Source: a virus | Taxonomy: Duplodnaviria > Caudoviricetes | Length of the DNA: 56,904 bases | Strand: one strand, 5' to 3' | IMG/VR virus record: IMGVR_UViG_3300015082_000001 | Location: 1-56,904 of that record | In this document: positions 1-9,644 of the stretch, in pieces | Numbering within the stretch: the stretch's first letter is position 1 | Layout: each line of letters starts with the position of its first letter | Notes under the pieces: generated by a model | What the model was told of the DNA's origin: nothing | Databases searched by the model: none | What the model saw: the letters and a program-made list of their open reading frames with translations, nothing else | Translations under genes and position numbers: made by a program

Positions 1-10
1 GCATTACTAC

Positions 11-247
11 TTGATGTCTGAGGCCGCTCTCTACGAGCTCCTTACGTCAGCCGCATCAGGTCGAGGGCTTGACCGATTGATGATGGATATCTATAGGGTT
101 GCGGATCAGATGGACTTAAATACCAAAATAGCTACCTCCCCCATCTCCGAGCTCCCCGAACTTGCCGAACTTTTGGACGAGGACTATGAGGGGCAAATAA
201 CCATTGAGGGACAAATAACCATCTATACCCAAGATTGGGTAGCATGA
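11..247 (+). CDS. hypothetical protein (start uncertain, window edge)
   Basis: 78-aa ORF; its stop overlaps the next ATG (ATGA). Confidence 0.5.
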   Translation: MMSEAALYELLTSAASGRGLDRLMMDIYRVADQMDLNTKIATSPISELPELAELLDEDYEGQITIEGQITIYTQDWVA

Positions 248-384
248 GCCCCCGCACCCTAGCCCTAGCCCTAGCCCTAGCCCTAGCCCTAGCCCTAGCC
301 CTAGCCCTCATTGCTCTACTATATCACCTTTTTAGACCTCGTCCTTACCCTCAATGGTGGAAGGATTTACATAATGAGTGCTGA
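244..384 (+). CDS. 46-aa single-TM microprotein with (LA)8 tract (not in ORF track)
   Basis: ATG overlaps upstream TGA; translates MSPRT(LA)8LIALLLYHLFRPRPYPQWWKDLHNEC*; overlaps next start at 374. Confidence 0.55.
   Translation: MSPRTLALALALALALALALALIALLYHLFRPRPYPQWWKDLHNEC
257..308. repeat. tandem hexamer (CCCTAG)8 + CCCT
   Basis: eight perfect copies read directly. Confidence 0.97.
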
Positions 385-646
385 GTACACAGGCAAAACA
401 GATACAGGATCTGATGGAGTCACAAAAACTCTGAAGGTTCTCCCTCGTCCCCTAGCTTCCACTCGTCCGCAGGATAGGATTCGGTCCCTAAACCTTACAG
501 GAGATGATACGGGACTCAGAGATGTTAGCTTCAATGATGGGATGTACTGGCAAGGTCTTGAGGACTTTGCGATGCATCATCTTGAGGGTGTGGAAGAAGC
601 CATCGCCGGCCGCTTCCAGGCCATAGACGAAGCCTGGTACGATTGA
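374..646 (+). CDS. hypothetical protein
   Basis: ATG 374 in frame with the 311 ORF, with an upstream GAAGGA. Confidence 0.6.
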   Translation: MSAEYTGKTDTGSDGVTKTLKVLPRPLASTRPQDRIRSLNLTGDDTGLRDVSFNDGMYWQGLEDFAMHHLEGVEEAIAGRFQAIDEAWYD

Positions 647-690
647 ATCCCATGCTGCTAACCTAACCCCACAGAAAAGAGAAAAACGGC

Positions 691-1689
691 ATGGTTCGAA
701 AAAACAGTTATGACTTTGATGTTGCGGGGGTTACTGACCTTTCCTCCGAGGCAGGTATTGCTAGAGCTGCGGAGGCTGCAAAGATTCCCAACAGCCTGTT
801 GACAACCAAGGGCGATCTGATAGTAGCCTCTGGAGCATCTACGCCTGTTCGACTGCCAGTTGGAACTAATGGCCAAGCTTTAGTAGCTGATTCTACGCAG
901 GCCGCTGGGGTAAAGTGGGCATCAGCAGGTGTGGCAGGCCTCAGTATTGGATCTGGAGTTCCTGATAATGGATCGGGGAGCGTAGGTAACTACTTTCTTC
1001 GGACCGACACGCCGGGAGTAGCTAACCAGCGGTTGTATGTGGCCGAGACTCCGCCATCGCTTGCTTTCCGTGACGTGGCCCAGGGCGACAACGTGAACCC
1101 AACCCATCTGATCGTACCTTCAACGGTTCAGATCGGGGACATCATGCTGGTGTCGGCCTTTATGGACCGAGCGGGCACGGTGACGATGCCGGCGGGCTGG
1201 GTAAACCTGTTCAACGATGTCATCGGGAGCGGCGCCCACACCACGCTTTGGTGGAAGGTAGCTGCTTCGGGTGATGTGGGTGGGGCGCACAACATTGATC
1301 CGACCTATGATGTGGGCGGCTCCTTCCAGTACGTATTGGTGGCCTATTCAGGGGACTTGACTTCGGCGCCGATCCAGTTGTCAGCTTCCACTGGGACGCC
1401 AGGCAGTCCTGCAGCGGGCATAACTGGCCCCGCCATGACCGCTCCGGCCGCTGGCTGGCGGGTGGATTTCTGTACAAACATCGGAGCTGCGGTAATCACA
1501 TCCCCAGCTACAGAACGAGCCAACTTCGGTACCTATGCCAACCTCAAAGCGTCAGTCTCCGACGTGGAGGTAACGGCGGGGGTTCTTGGCAACCGGGCGT
1601 TCACATTTACGAGCACTAAGGCTGTAGTTCAGTCTGTCCTCTTAGCGCCAGCGGCTGTCTCAGGGGTCAACTGGGTCGGTATTGCCTAG
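691..1689 (+). CDS. putative virion fibre/decoration protein
   Basis: TTKGDLIV..PVRLPVGTNGQALVADS..GVKW fibre-type motif; Gly/Ser/Thr-rich beta domain resembling parts of the 18262 tail protein. Confidence 0.55.
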   Translation: MVRKNSYDFDVAGVTDLSSEAGIARAAEAAKIPNSLLTTKGDLIVASGASTPVRLPVGTNGQALVADSTQAAGVKWASAGVAGLSIGSGVPDNGSGSVGNYFLRTDTPGVANQRLYVAETPPSLAFRDVAQGDNVNPTHLIVPSTVQIGDIMLVSAFMDRAGTVTMPAGWVNLFNDVIGSGAHTTLWWKVAASGDVGGAHNIDPTYDVGGSFQYVLVAYSGDLTSAPIQLSASTGTPGSPAAGITGPAMTAPAAGWRVDFCTNIGAAVITSPATERANFGTYANLKASVSDVEVTAGVLGNRAFTFTSTKAVVQSVLLAPAAVSGVNWVGIA

Positions 1690-1691
1690 TT

Positions 1692-3155
1692 ATGGCTAAG
1701 CCCCGTATGAAGATACCCTCAGCGGGGCGAGTTCTCGATAAAACAAAGTGGTTTGAGGAAACTGAGTATGAACCACACCTCGGGCAGGCGGCGGTCCATT
1801 ACGACGATCATCGACATAGGGTGCTCTGTAATGGCCGCCGCTGGGGCAAAACTTTGCTGGGAGGCAAAGAGGTTGAGCCCTGTGCTTTTATCCTTAACCG
1901 CTTGGGGCAACCGCAACGAGGGTGGATAGTTGGTCCTGAATATCAGGACTGTGAGAAAGAGTTTCGCATTGTCTTTAATACATTTAAGAAGCTTAGTATT
2001 GACCAGGTCAGCCATAAGTTTCTGAATAACATTGACAATGGCAACATGCATATCCAGACTCGATGGGGCTTTGACCTTGAGTGCCGCAGTGCAAAACATC
2101 CTGAGACCTTGACAGGAGAAGGACTTGACTTTGTTCTGATGGTTGAGGCTGGGAGGCAAAAACCCCGTACGTGGAAAGAGTTTATCCGTCCTGCACTTTC
2201 GGATAAGCGAGGTTGGTCACTTCATTCTGGGGTCCCGGAGGGGGCTACTGAGACCTCTTTGCTTTACGCCTTGTGGCAACGAGGGCAGGCAGCTCTAACC
2301 TCCCGAGGTAATCGGAATCCATGGCGATCCTGGAGAATGCCCTCTTGGACTAACACCGTAATGTTTCCTGGGGGCCGAACTGACCCAGAGATCCTTGATG
2401 CTGAGGAGGATCTTACTAAGGACGAGTTTGATCGTCAGTATGGTGCACGCTTTGTTGAGCGGGTCGGCAGGGTGATGCAGGAGTGGGATGATGAGGTTCA
2501 CTTAAGGGACCTCAAGTTCGAGCGGTCATGGCCGCTCTATGCCGGTATCGACTACGGCTATACTAATCCCTTCGTTCTGTTGTGGATCCAGGTCGACCCG
2601 TTCAACAATGTGTACGTCATACGAGAGCATCGGTGGCAACTCAAGGATACGATGACCATAGCACAAGAGGTTATGGATCATCCTCTTGAGAAACATCTCT
2701 TGTCGCTCTTGGTAGCATTTTATCCTGATCCAGCTGAACCTGATGACACTGAGACACTCAGGAGACTTTGGCGAAAGCCTGCACGGATGAATACTGGGGG
2801 TGAACTGCGGACAAGGCTCAATCTTATCCGCCATCATCTTAAGATTCATAATCTACACTTGCCGGAAGGTCATGCTGATCGGCAACCTCGGCTTTTTGTG
2901 GATCGACGTTGTACTCAGCTCGCATGGGAGATGCGGGAGGGTTATAGGTGGCCTGAACACAAATCTGAGACGAAAAGCGAGTCTGAGAATCCCATGGACA
3001 AAGATAACCACGGCATTGAGGCCCTGGGTCGTTTTATGAAGGGGTATATGGAGGTAGTGGGCGATTCTCGCCACACCATCCAGAAAACCGCCTACATTGG
3101 CCCAGGTCGACTCAAGGATATCCGTAATCCGAGCCTAAAAGTAGGACGGGGGTGA
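1692..3155 (+). CDS. terL: terminase large subunit
   Basis: Walker A GRRWGKT, GEGLDFVLMVEA Walker B region, nuclease GIDYGYTNP, C-terminal DKDNHGIEAL; upstream of portal. Confidence 0.95.
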   Translation: MAKPRMKIPSAGRVLDKTKWFEETEYEPHLGQAAVHYDDHRHRVLCNGRRWGKTLLGGKEVEPCAFILNRLGQPQRGWIVGPEYQDCEKEFRIVFNTFKKLSIDQVSHKFLNNIDNGNMHIQTRWGFDLECRSAKHPETLTGEGLDFVLMVEAGRQKPRTWKEFIRPALSDKRGWSLHSGVPEGATETSLLYALWQRGQAALTSRGNRNPWRSWRMPSWTNTVMFPGGRTDPEILDAEEDLTKDEFDRQYGARFVERVGRVMQEWDDEVHLRDLKFERSWPLYAGIDYGYTNPFVLLWIQVDPFNNVYVIREHRWQLKDTMTIAQEVMDHPLEKHLLSLLVAFYPDPAEPDDTETLRRLWRKPARMNTGGELRTRLNLIRHHLKIHNLHLPEGHADRQPRLFVDRRCTQLAWEMREGYRWPEHKSETKSESENPMDKDNHGIEALGRFMKGYMEVVGDSRHTIQKTAYIGPGRLKDIRNPSLKVGRG

Positions 3156-3162
3156 AAAATCT

Positions 3163-4788
3163 ATGAGTCAGGCCCAGTATAGCAACATCAGATCCTACAT
3201 ATCCTCGGATGATGCGCCACGGTGGGTTCCAGAGGAACATCAGGAGCGGTTGGCGGCTTATACGAAGTATGAGCAGATTTATTGGAACACTACAGAGGCA
3301 TTTAAGCTCATGCGTCGTGGCGCGGAGCTACATCCGATATATGTTCCAAACCCCATGACAATCTGCGATGAGACCTCTCACTACTTGATGAAAGGTCTTA
3401 ACTTTGATGCCAAAGAGGCTACAAAGACTCAGTTTTTGGATCCATTCCTTAAACAATCTAAGTTCCTCTCTAAGTTCCACATAAACAAGCATGCGGGTGT
3501 GGCTCGAGGGGACTTTATCTTCCACATGGTGGCAGATGAGGATGAAGAGCCGGGCAAAAAGATCAATATCTACACCGTTGACCCCGCTCGATTCTTTCCA
3601 GTGTACGATGATGATGACATTGATCTTTGTAATAAGGTACACTTGGCTGAGACCTTTGTTGACTCAGACCGCAAGGTTAGAATCCGCAAACTAACTTATG
3701 AGCGCATTAAGATCGGGGGTAAGTGGCGGATTGCTACTGAAGAAGGGGTTTATGAGAACGATCAAGGTAAATGGGCAGGAGATGCACCGCCTCTTAACCG
3801 CATGCTCAATCCTCCTCGGCTTTTGCCTGAGGGTATTACCGCGATTCCTATTTACCACTTTAAGAACCGCGATTGGCAAGGCGATGAGTTTGGTTCTTCG
3901 GAGATTCGCGGCTATGAGCGGATTATGGTCGGAGTCAACCAGGCTATCTCGGATAATGAGCTTGCCCTGGCGCTTGAGGGACTGGGTGTCTACGCGACTG
4001 ATGCTGGTAGCCCCTTGGACGTCAATGGCAAACCCACAAACTGGGAGATTTCGCCTGGTCGTGTTATGGAGATACCTTCGGGGGCGACTTTCAAGCGTGT
4101 GGAGGGCATTGGCGACATTACTCCTGTCCTGGAACATCTTAAGTATCTTGAGACAAAGATGTTCGAGGGGTCGGCTACTGCTCGCTTGGCTGAACTTGAC
4201 GCTCAGGTGGCCCAAAGTGGGATCGCTCTTACAGTCCATTTTCTCCCCACATTGGCAAAGCTCGAACAACGAGATGTTGCAGGAATCGACGAAGTCAACG
4301 CCATGTTCGAACAATGGCGAACCTGGATGGACGTCATTGAGGGCGACACCATCTCAGACGAGTTTATTGTTGAACTTGGAGATAAACTACCCATCAACCG
4401 GGTCGAGTTTATTACCGAGCTCAATAACATGCTGGACCGAGAGGTTATTTCGAGAGCTGAGTATCGGCGGCAGCTAACGCAGAAGCTTCAGTATCACTTC
4501 CCCACCGATGATGAGATGATGACTGAGATTGAGGATGAGCTTGAGCAACTTGCAGCATTTAAACTCTCAGGCACTCTTGCTGAACCTCAGGCTACTGATG
4601 AGAATGGCAATCCTCTCTCCCCCACTACTGGAGAACCTCTAGATGGTGTGGATCCCACAAAGCCGGCTAAGGCGGGAAATACTCTTCATCGTCCAAACAA
4701 ATCCAATAACAGAGGTCGCCCGAACGAGTCGCGTGGCACAGAACCCACGCAGACCGGTCGTAGGCAACAAAAGGTCCAGCCGCGATGA
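3163..4788 (+). CDS. portal protein
   Basis: 541 aa directly after TerL; IPIYHFKN..FGSSEI motif of SPP1-like portals. Confidence 0.88.
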   Translation: MSQAQYSNIRSYISSDDAPRWVPEEHQERLAAYTKYEQIYWNTTEAFKLMRRGAELHPIYVPNPMTICDETSHYLMKGLNFDAKEATKTQFLDPFLKQSKFLSKFHINKHAGVARGDFIFHMVADEDEEPGKKINIYTVDPARFFPVYDDDDIDLCNKVHLAETFVDSDRKVRIRKLTYERIKIGGKWRIATEEGVYENDQGKWAGDAPPLNRMLNPPRLLPEGITAIPIYHFKNRDWQGDEFGSSEIRGYERIMVGVNQAISDNELALALEGLGVYATDAGSPLDVNGKPTNWEISPGRVMEIPSGATFKRVEGIGDITPVLEHLKYLETKMFEGSATARLAELDAQVAQSGIALTVHFLPTLAKLEQRDVAGIDEVNAMFEQWRTWMDVIEGDTISDEFIVELGDKLPINRVEFITELNNMLDREVISRAEYRRQLTQKLQYHFPTDDEMMTEIEDELEQLAAFKLSGTLAEPQATDENGNPLSPTTGEPLDGVDPTKPAKAGNTLHRPNKSNNRGRPNESRGTEPTQTGRRQQKVQPR

Positions 4789-5585
4789 CTGGGTCAAGCT
4801 GCCCCGAGATGGGGCAAGAAAGGAATACACGCGTGATGCGTCGAAACATTCCCGAGTCAAATCTACCTATTTGGCTCCTCCACACTCCTATTATCCTAGG
4901 CTTCACCGAAGAATCCGAGGAGGAAGAAGAATCCGAGGAAGAAGAGGGTGAAGAGGGGGAAGAGGAGGAAGGTAAAGGCAAGAAGGGCAAGGAGGAGGAG
5001 GAAGAGGAAGACAAAGGGGATGCGGGTCTTAAGTCAGCCCTCAAAAAGGAGCGGCTCGCAAGGCGAGAAGCCCAGAAGAATTTCAAGACTCTGAAGACAG
5101 AGCTTGATGCTCTTAAGGCCGCTGCAGAAGAGGGCAAAAGCAAAGAGGACAAGGACAAAGCGGTCCAAACCTCTGAGGCCCAGAAGAAAGCCGAGGCAGC
5201 TGAAGCCAAGACATCTCGTCTTGCTGCGAGGCTGGCCACCGCGGCAGTTGACACCGCCATAACCCGCGTTCTGCAGGATCCTAAACTGAACGTGAAGTTC
5301 AAGGACGCTGACGATGTACTTCATCTGCTCAATCGCAAGGACATCGACGTGGATCAGGATGATGATGATCCTTCGGAGATTGAGGTTGATGAGGATGACA
5401 TTCGTAGGGCTATAAAGGCGTTGGCAAAGCGGAAGCCCCATCTGCTCGTAACCGCGAAGGAAGGCGAGGAGACTGAGGGTGGAAACTCCGGTGGTAAGTT
5501 CGGTGGTTCAAAGGGTGGTAAGGCTGATAAAGAAGCCGAACGAGCCGCCCTGCTCAAGAAATATCCGGCGCTCACGCGTCGCTAA
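4785..5585 (+). CDS. capsid scaffolding protein
   Basis: acidic N-terminus, coiled coil (LKSALKKERLARREA), position before capsid genes; true start may be slightly downstream. Confidence 0.8.
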   Translation: MTGSSCPEMGQERNTRVMRRNIPESNLPIWLLHTPIILGFTEESEEEEESEEEEGEEGEEEEGKGKKGKEEEEEEDKGDAGLKSALKKERLARREAQKNFKTLKTELDALKAAAEEGKSKEDKDKAVQTSEAQKKAEAAEAKTSRLAARLATAAVDTAITRVLQDPKLNVKFKDADDVLHLLNRKDIDVDQDDDDPSEIEVDEDDIRRAIKALAKRKPHLLVTAKEGEETEGGNSGGKFGGSKGGKADKEAERAALLKKYPALTRR

Positions 5586-5602
5586 CCTGAAAGGAGCCAC
5601 AC

Positions 5603-6052
5603 TTGGCTCGGTATGACAAATACGATAGTGAGAATGGTGGGTTCAGGGCAGTCCTGGCCGCCTCTCTCACCCTGACCAGCGGATCAGTGGGTCCCATTGG
5701 AGTGAGTCTCGACGCAAACGGTCGAGTCCTCGTCGGTGGGCCTAACAACTCCGGCCTCGTTGGCATCCTGGTGAAGAACATGCCAGGCCAGGCCATGGCT
5801 GGAAGTGCTTTGCTGACCCAGATCACATCTCCCGGTTCGCTTGCTGGAGATGTGGTTGACATCATGACCCATGGTGAAATCGTGGATGTAGCCCTGGTTG
5901 CAGGGACGAACTACTTCATTGATGGCATCACTGGAGTCCTTACCGCCGGTACTGGAGCCGGCACGGCTACAGGGCCTGTCACAGCGGGCACTAAGAAAGT
6001 CGGGTGGACTGTGGAAGCCACTCGCCTCGTGGTGAGGATGCAAGGCTCATGA
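5603..6052 (+). CDS. capsid decoration/cement protein
   Basis: 149-aa Gly/Val-rich beta protein between scaffold and MCP; RBS GAAAGGAG. Confidence 0.65.
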   Translation: MARYDKYDSENGGFRAVLAASLTLTSGSVGPIGVSLDANGRVLVGGPNNSGLVGILVKNMPGQAMAGSALLTQITSPGSLAGDVVDIMTHGEIVDVALVAGTNYFIDGITGVLTAGTGAGTATGPVTAGTKKVGWTVEATRLVVRMQGS

Positions 6053-7317
6053 CGATCCCGACCCTCCGACCCTACTTTGGTGGTGGCGGTATCGTCACCG
6101 GGGAGCAGACGCTCAAGGAAGGCGATGGCTACAAGATCGTCTCTCGTGACATCATGCATCCTATGTCAGACATTGGGCAGCGACTGCTGCTGCCCGGCTC
6201 TGGTGGTTTTCAGGGCTTTGCGGCATCTCAGGGCACCGATGAGCGCGCTGATGTCATCTATCAGACGCTTGACGGAGCAGACCTGAATAAGATGTGGGCT
6301 GAGTTCCAGCGCATCATTGCCATGCGTAATGAGCAGAGGGACCGCCTCATCAACTACCTGACGTATGGTGTAGCTGACCCCATCGTGCAGGTCAGGTACC
6401 CACAGGGTGACAACTTCGAGCTTGCCTCGGAGTATGGTGAGCCTGTCGGGATTCGGCTGCCTCCGGCCTTCAACATGGGCTTCGACTTCCAATGGTATGA
6501 TCTTGCCATTCGCTACACGTGGCAGTTCATTCTGGAGGCGTCGCAGGCTCAGGTCGAAGCTCTGCACAACGACGCACTCGAGGCTGATGATCGCCTGATG
6601 TTCAACAAGGTGTTCAAGTGCCTCTTCAACTCGCTGGACCTGGCGAGCAGCATTCGGAACATCCCCGTCACGGTCTATAAGTTCTGGAATGCGGATGGCA
6701 TTGTCCCTCCGTACTACAAGACTTATGTCCATGATGGATCCCACAACCACTACATCACGAGCGGTGCGAGCTCCCTGGCGACTGCGGGTCTGCAGGCAGT
6801 CGAGACTCACCTCTACCACCATGGGTACTCGCTCATCAACGGGTACAAATTGGTGCTCGGTGTGAACCGCCAGGAGGGCGTGCTCCTCCGTGCGGCTCGT
6901 GTGGTGAATGGCTGGGAGTATGACTTCATTCCGAGCAACCAGGTCGGCGGTGGAGTCATTCTGCCTGCGTCGATGGGCATTGTTGGTGCTCCTACGGGGG
7001 GCGATGGGACTGGGATTCCGGCGATGATCGGAACCTATGGCCCATTCTACGTGGTGGAGGAGGACTACATTCCTGCGGGATATGTGGTCGCTCTCGCCTC
7101 TCAGGGTGCTGACAACCTTGATAACCCCATTGGCATCCGCGAGCATGCGAACCCCTCAGGTCGGGGTCTCAAGCTCATCGGTGGGGATGACAACTACCCC
7201 CTGATCGACAGCTTCTACCGTCATGGCTTCGGCACTGGGATTCTCCAGCGCGGAGGCGGTGTGGTGATGCAGGTCACTTCGGCAGGTAGCTATACCATCC
7301 CATCCATCTACACGTAA
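6049..7317 (+). CDS. major capsid protein
   Basis: size and position, strong C/G-ending codon bias, followed by a strong hairpin; ATG overlaps upstream stop. Confidence 0.82.
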   Translation: MTIPTLRPYFGGGGIVTGEQTLKEGDGYKIVSRDIMHPMSDIGQRLLLPGSGGFQGFAASQGTDERADVIYQTLDGADLNKMWAEFQRIIAMRNEQRDRLINYLTYGVADPIVQVRYPQGDNFELASEYGEPVGIRLPPAFNMGFDFQWYDLAIRYTWQFILEASQAQVEALHNDALEADDRLMFNKVFKCLFNSLDLASSIRNIPVTVYKFWNADGIVPPYYKTYVHDGSHNHYITSGASSLATAGLQAVETHLYHHGYSLINGYKLVLGVNRQEGVLLRAARVVNGWEYDFIPSNQVGGGVILPASMGIVGAPTGGDGTGIPAMIGTYGPFYVVEEDYIPAGYVVALASQGADNLDNPIGIREHANPSGRGLKLIGGDDNYPLIDSFYRHGFGTGILQRGGGVVMQVTSAGSYTIPSIYT

Positions 7318-7340
7318 CTCCTCCTAATCGAGGAGAAGTT

Positions 7341-7388
7341 CTGGCGGGGGGCGTTTTGGGTTGCAGCCCCGGGAGCGCCTCCCGCCAG
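7341..7388 (+). terminator. GC-rich stem-loop after MCP
   Basis: CTGGCGGGGGGCG...CGCCTCCCGCCAG inverted repeat. Confidence 0.65.
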
Positions 7389-7417
7389 TAGTACCCACAC
7401 CTAGCTAAAGGAGTAAG

Positions 7418-7966
7418 ATGACCAAGGTCAAACTGCCTGAGGTCGACGGGGATGCCCTGAGGGAGTCCCTTGATCCTCAAAACGAGATTGAGGCCCGGTG
7501 GCTTCAGGATCATTGTCTGCTGCCTACTAGTCATCCCCTATATGGGCAGCCTGTTGTTTTTCATCTCCCCAACGGGGAGCAGGTCAGCAATGACCCGAAC
7601 TTTGCTGCTCGGCAGCAGTTGAATCTCAGCAATAACTTTGACGAGGCAGTCAAGGCTGCTGCGCAGGAGATGGCTCAGCAACTGTTCCAGCAGAAGATCA
7701 TGGAGCATCAGCAGGGGGCTGTCGCAGTTAGTGGCCTCAATGATGGCAGTGCCTCCACGGGTCCCGTGAGTCATTCCCCGGTGGGAACATCTGCCCCTCC
7801 AGAAGCTCAAACGACGGAGGTTGTTACTGAGGAGGCGCCCCCTTACCACACTTGGTCTAAGGATGATCTTAAGACTGAGGCGAGCATTCGGGGTATTTCT
7901 ACCTCTGGTACCGTAGCCGAGTTGGCTGCGCGTCTTGAGAAGTTTGACGAGGCAGAGAAGGAGTAA
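7418..7966 (+). CDS. protein with C-terminal SAP/HeH-like DNA-binding motif
   Basis: WSKDDLKTEASIRGISTSGTVAELAARL fits the SAP consensus. Confidence 0.7.
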   Translation: MTKVKLPEVDGDALRESLDPQNEIEARWLQDHCLLPTSHPLYGQPVVFHLPNGEQVSNDPNFAARQQLNLSNNFDEAVKAAAQEMAQQLFQQKIMEHQQGAVAVSGLNDGSASTGPVSHSPVGTSAPPEAQTTEVVTEEAPPYHTWSKDDLKTEASIRGISTSGTVAELAARLEKFDEAEKE

Positions 7967-7969
7967 GTT

Positions 7970-8317
7970 ATGCTGGTTGTTGATCGGCTGAGAGCTTATG
8001 TGGGGGAAAGAATCCCCACTGGTGGTGCAGACACTGACACTATGTTTACCGACGATGAGATCAATGATCTGTTGACCAACTTTCAATCTCCTCTTCAGGG
8101 CAATGAGGGTCTTTACCTTGCAGCCGCTGAAGGGTGGGAGAGGAAGGCATCGAACTATGCAGATCAGGCTGACCATGAGCAAGGCGGTGCTAAGGATACA
8201 CTCAGTCAGCTAAGGTCTCAGGCGGTTCAGGAGGCGGATAGGTTTAGGAAACTTGCCTATGGTCGCTTTACGCCTCGTGTCGGTCGCATCGTTCGCCCAG
8301 GAACCACAGCGACGTGA
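7970..8317 (+). CDS. head-tail adaptor
   Basis: LRAYVGE..MFTDDEINDLL motif; synteny. Confidence 0.7.
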   Translation: MLVVDRLRAYVGERIPTGGADTDTMFTDDEINDLLTNFQSPLQGNEGLYLAAAEGWERKASNYADQADHEQGGAKDTLSQLRSQAVQEADRFRKLAYGRFTPRVGRIVRPGTTAT

Positions 8318-8730
8318 GTGCCAAGTCTGCTTTCCTCATCCAAATCCAGAAGAGGCAAACCGACTCTTTCATCTTGGTTGACCCCTCGATGGTTGTGTTG
8401 CATCGCTCTGGTGGAACGGGGAAGCCAGTTTCTGACGGTGCTGGTGGACGTAGCTTCATTGGAAGCTATACCACGCTAGCAGCACAACAATGCCGCATTG
8501 TTCCAGCTCGAAGCCGATCAACTAACCAGGTCAATACTCTCCCCTCTGGGGAAGAAATAGTAACCAAAGACTGGACTCTGGTTGCTAGGGCTACTTTTGA
8601 CATTCTCTTAAACGACTGGTTTACCTGGGGTAATCAGGACTTCACTGTTACCTTCATCTACTCAGATCGCCGCTATCAGATACAAGCCCAGCTTGACCTT
8701 ATGGGGCAAGACTTTCGTGAGTCCATCTAG
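8314..8730 (+). CDS. head-tail stopper/closure protein
   Basis: DILLNDWFTWGNQDFTV beta pattern; synteny. Confidence 0.6.
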   Translation: MSAKSAFLIQIQKRQTDSFILVDPSMVVLHRSGGTGKPVSDGAGGRSFIGSYTTLAAQQCRIVPARSRSTNQVNTLPSGEEIVTKDWTLVARATFDILLNDWFTWGNQDFTVTFIYSDRRYQIQAQLDLMGQDFRESI

Positions 8731-8959
8731 GCTTTGGGATCAGGATATTCCACCCACCATGATCTGGCATCCTGAACCCCCACCTTCTGAACTACCAGTC
8801 TGCTGGGCCAGCGTATCTTGGCCTCACAACCTCAGAGAATGCGGTAACCTCGCAGTTACGGGGCTTGGATTATGTGAGAGCTGTCATCGCAAAATAACCG
8901 GTCACGATTCGGATTGCGTTAAAGAAAGCGTAGGGAAGCGTAGGGAAGCGAGGGTATAG
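8717..8959 (+). CDS. hypothetical Cys-rich protein
   Basis: small ORF with C..C..CESCH pattern. Confidence 0.4.
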   Translation: MSPSRLWDQDIPPTMIWHPEPPPSELPVCWASVSWPHNLRECGNLAVTGLGLCESCHRKITGHDSDCVKESVGKRREARV

Positions 8960-9005
8960 CGATCGCTCGTGATCGCATCATCAGCTTACTTGAGGAAGGT
9001 AGGGA

Positions 9006-9227
9006 ATGATGGATAAAACAATTGCGGAACTCGAGGCCGAGCTTAAGGCAGCTGAGGCAGCGAGGATTGCTGCGGAGCTTAAGGCAGCTGAGGCGCTCGC
9101 AGCTGTTGTCCCAGAGGGTGTGGAAGATGCGGCAGTAGGGTCCAACTACGTTGCGACGCCTGAGAATGATGGGCATCCCGGCTATGAGCCTCCACACTAT
9201 TCTGATGCCGACCTTGGCATTGGGTAA
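9006..9227 (+). CDS. hypothetical protein
   Basis: ORF with internal AELKAAEA repeat; RBS present. Confidence 0.6.
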   Translation: MMDKTIAELEAELKAAEAARIAAELKAAEALAAVVPEGVEDAAVGSNYVATPENDGHPGYEPPHYSDADLGIG

Positions 9228-9634
9228 TGCCCTACGGGGATTCAGGGATTACCTGGCGTGTAGTCAAGGATGACTCTGCGGCATGGTCAGCACGACTGAG
9301 ACAACGGGTGGCTACAGAGGCACTTGCTTTTGCTGAAAATGTTTTGGCTCAGGCTCGAGCTACAGTTGCAGTCGATACGGGTGTTACTAGAGATACAGGG
9401 ACCATTGTTCAGCTATCTTCAGATAGTCGGATTATATATATGGTTGAGTTCATGGGCGCAGCGCTCTATCTTGAGTTTGGGACTGTTAATATGCCCGCCC
9501 AGCCTTTCCTCTCTACTTCAGTTGCTGCTATGGAGCATACTTTCCTTGCCCGAATAGCCCAGACCACACAGGGTCGTGTAGTTGTAGACTGGCAAACTGT
9601 AGGTTCAGTTCAAGGCTTTTCTGGCCCTTACTAG
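9227..9634 (+). CDS. HK97 gp10-like neck/tail completion protein
   Basis: VAVDTG and YLEFGTVNMPAQPFL motifs. Confidence 0.85.
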   Translation: MPYGDSGITWRVVKDDSAAWSARLRQRVATEALAFAENVLAQARATVAVDTGVTRDTGTIVQLSSDSRIIYMVEFMGAALYLEFGTVNMPAQPFLSTSVAAMEHTFLARIAQTTQGRVVVDWQTVGSVQGFSGPY

Positions 9635-9644
9635 GGAGAGAACT

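Noticed and set aside
257-308. (CCCTAG)n as a eukaryotic telomere or contaminant
   Set aside because: It is internal, only 8 units long, embedded in a coupled ORF and surrounded by phage genes.
6166-7146. Long antisense or alternative-frame ORFs (also 24473-25171, 45695-46321, 52335-53411, 3691-4314)
   Set aside because: They are shadows of strongly GC3-biased real genes, with no RBS or domain support.
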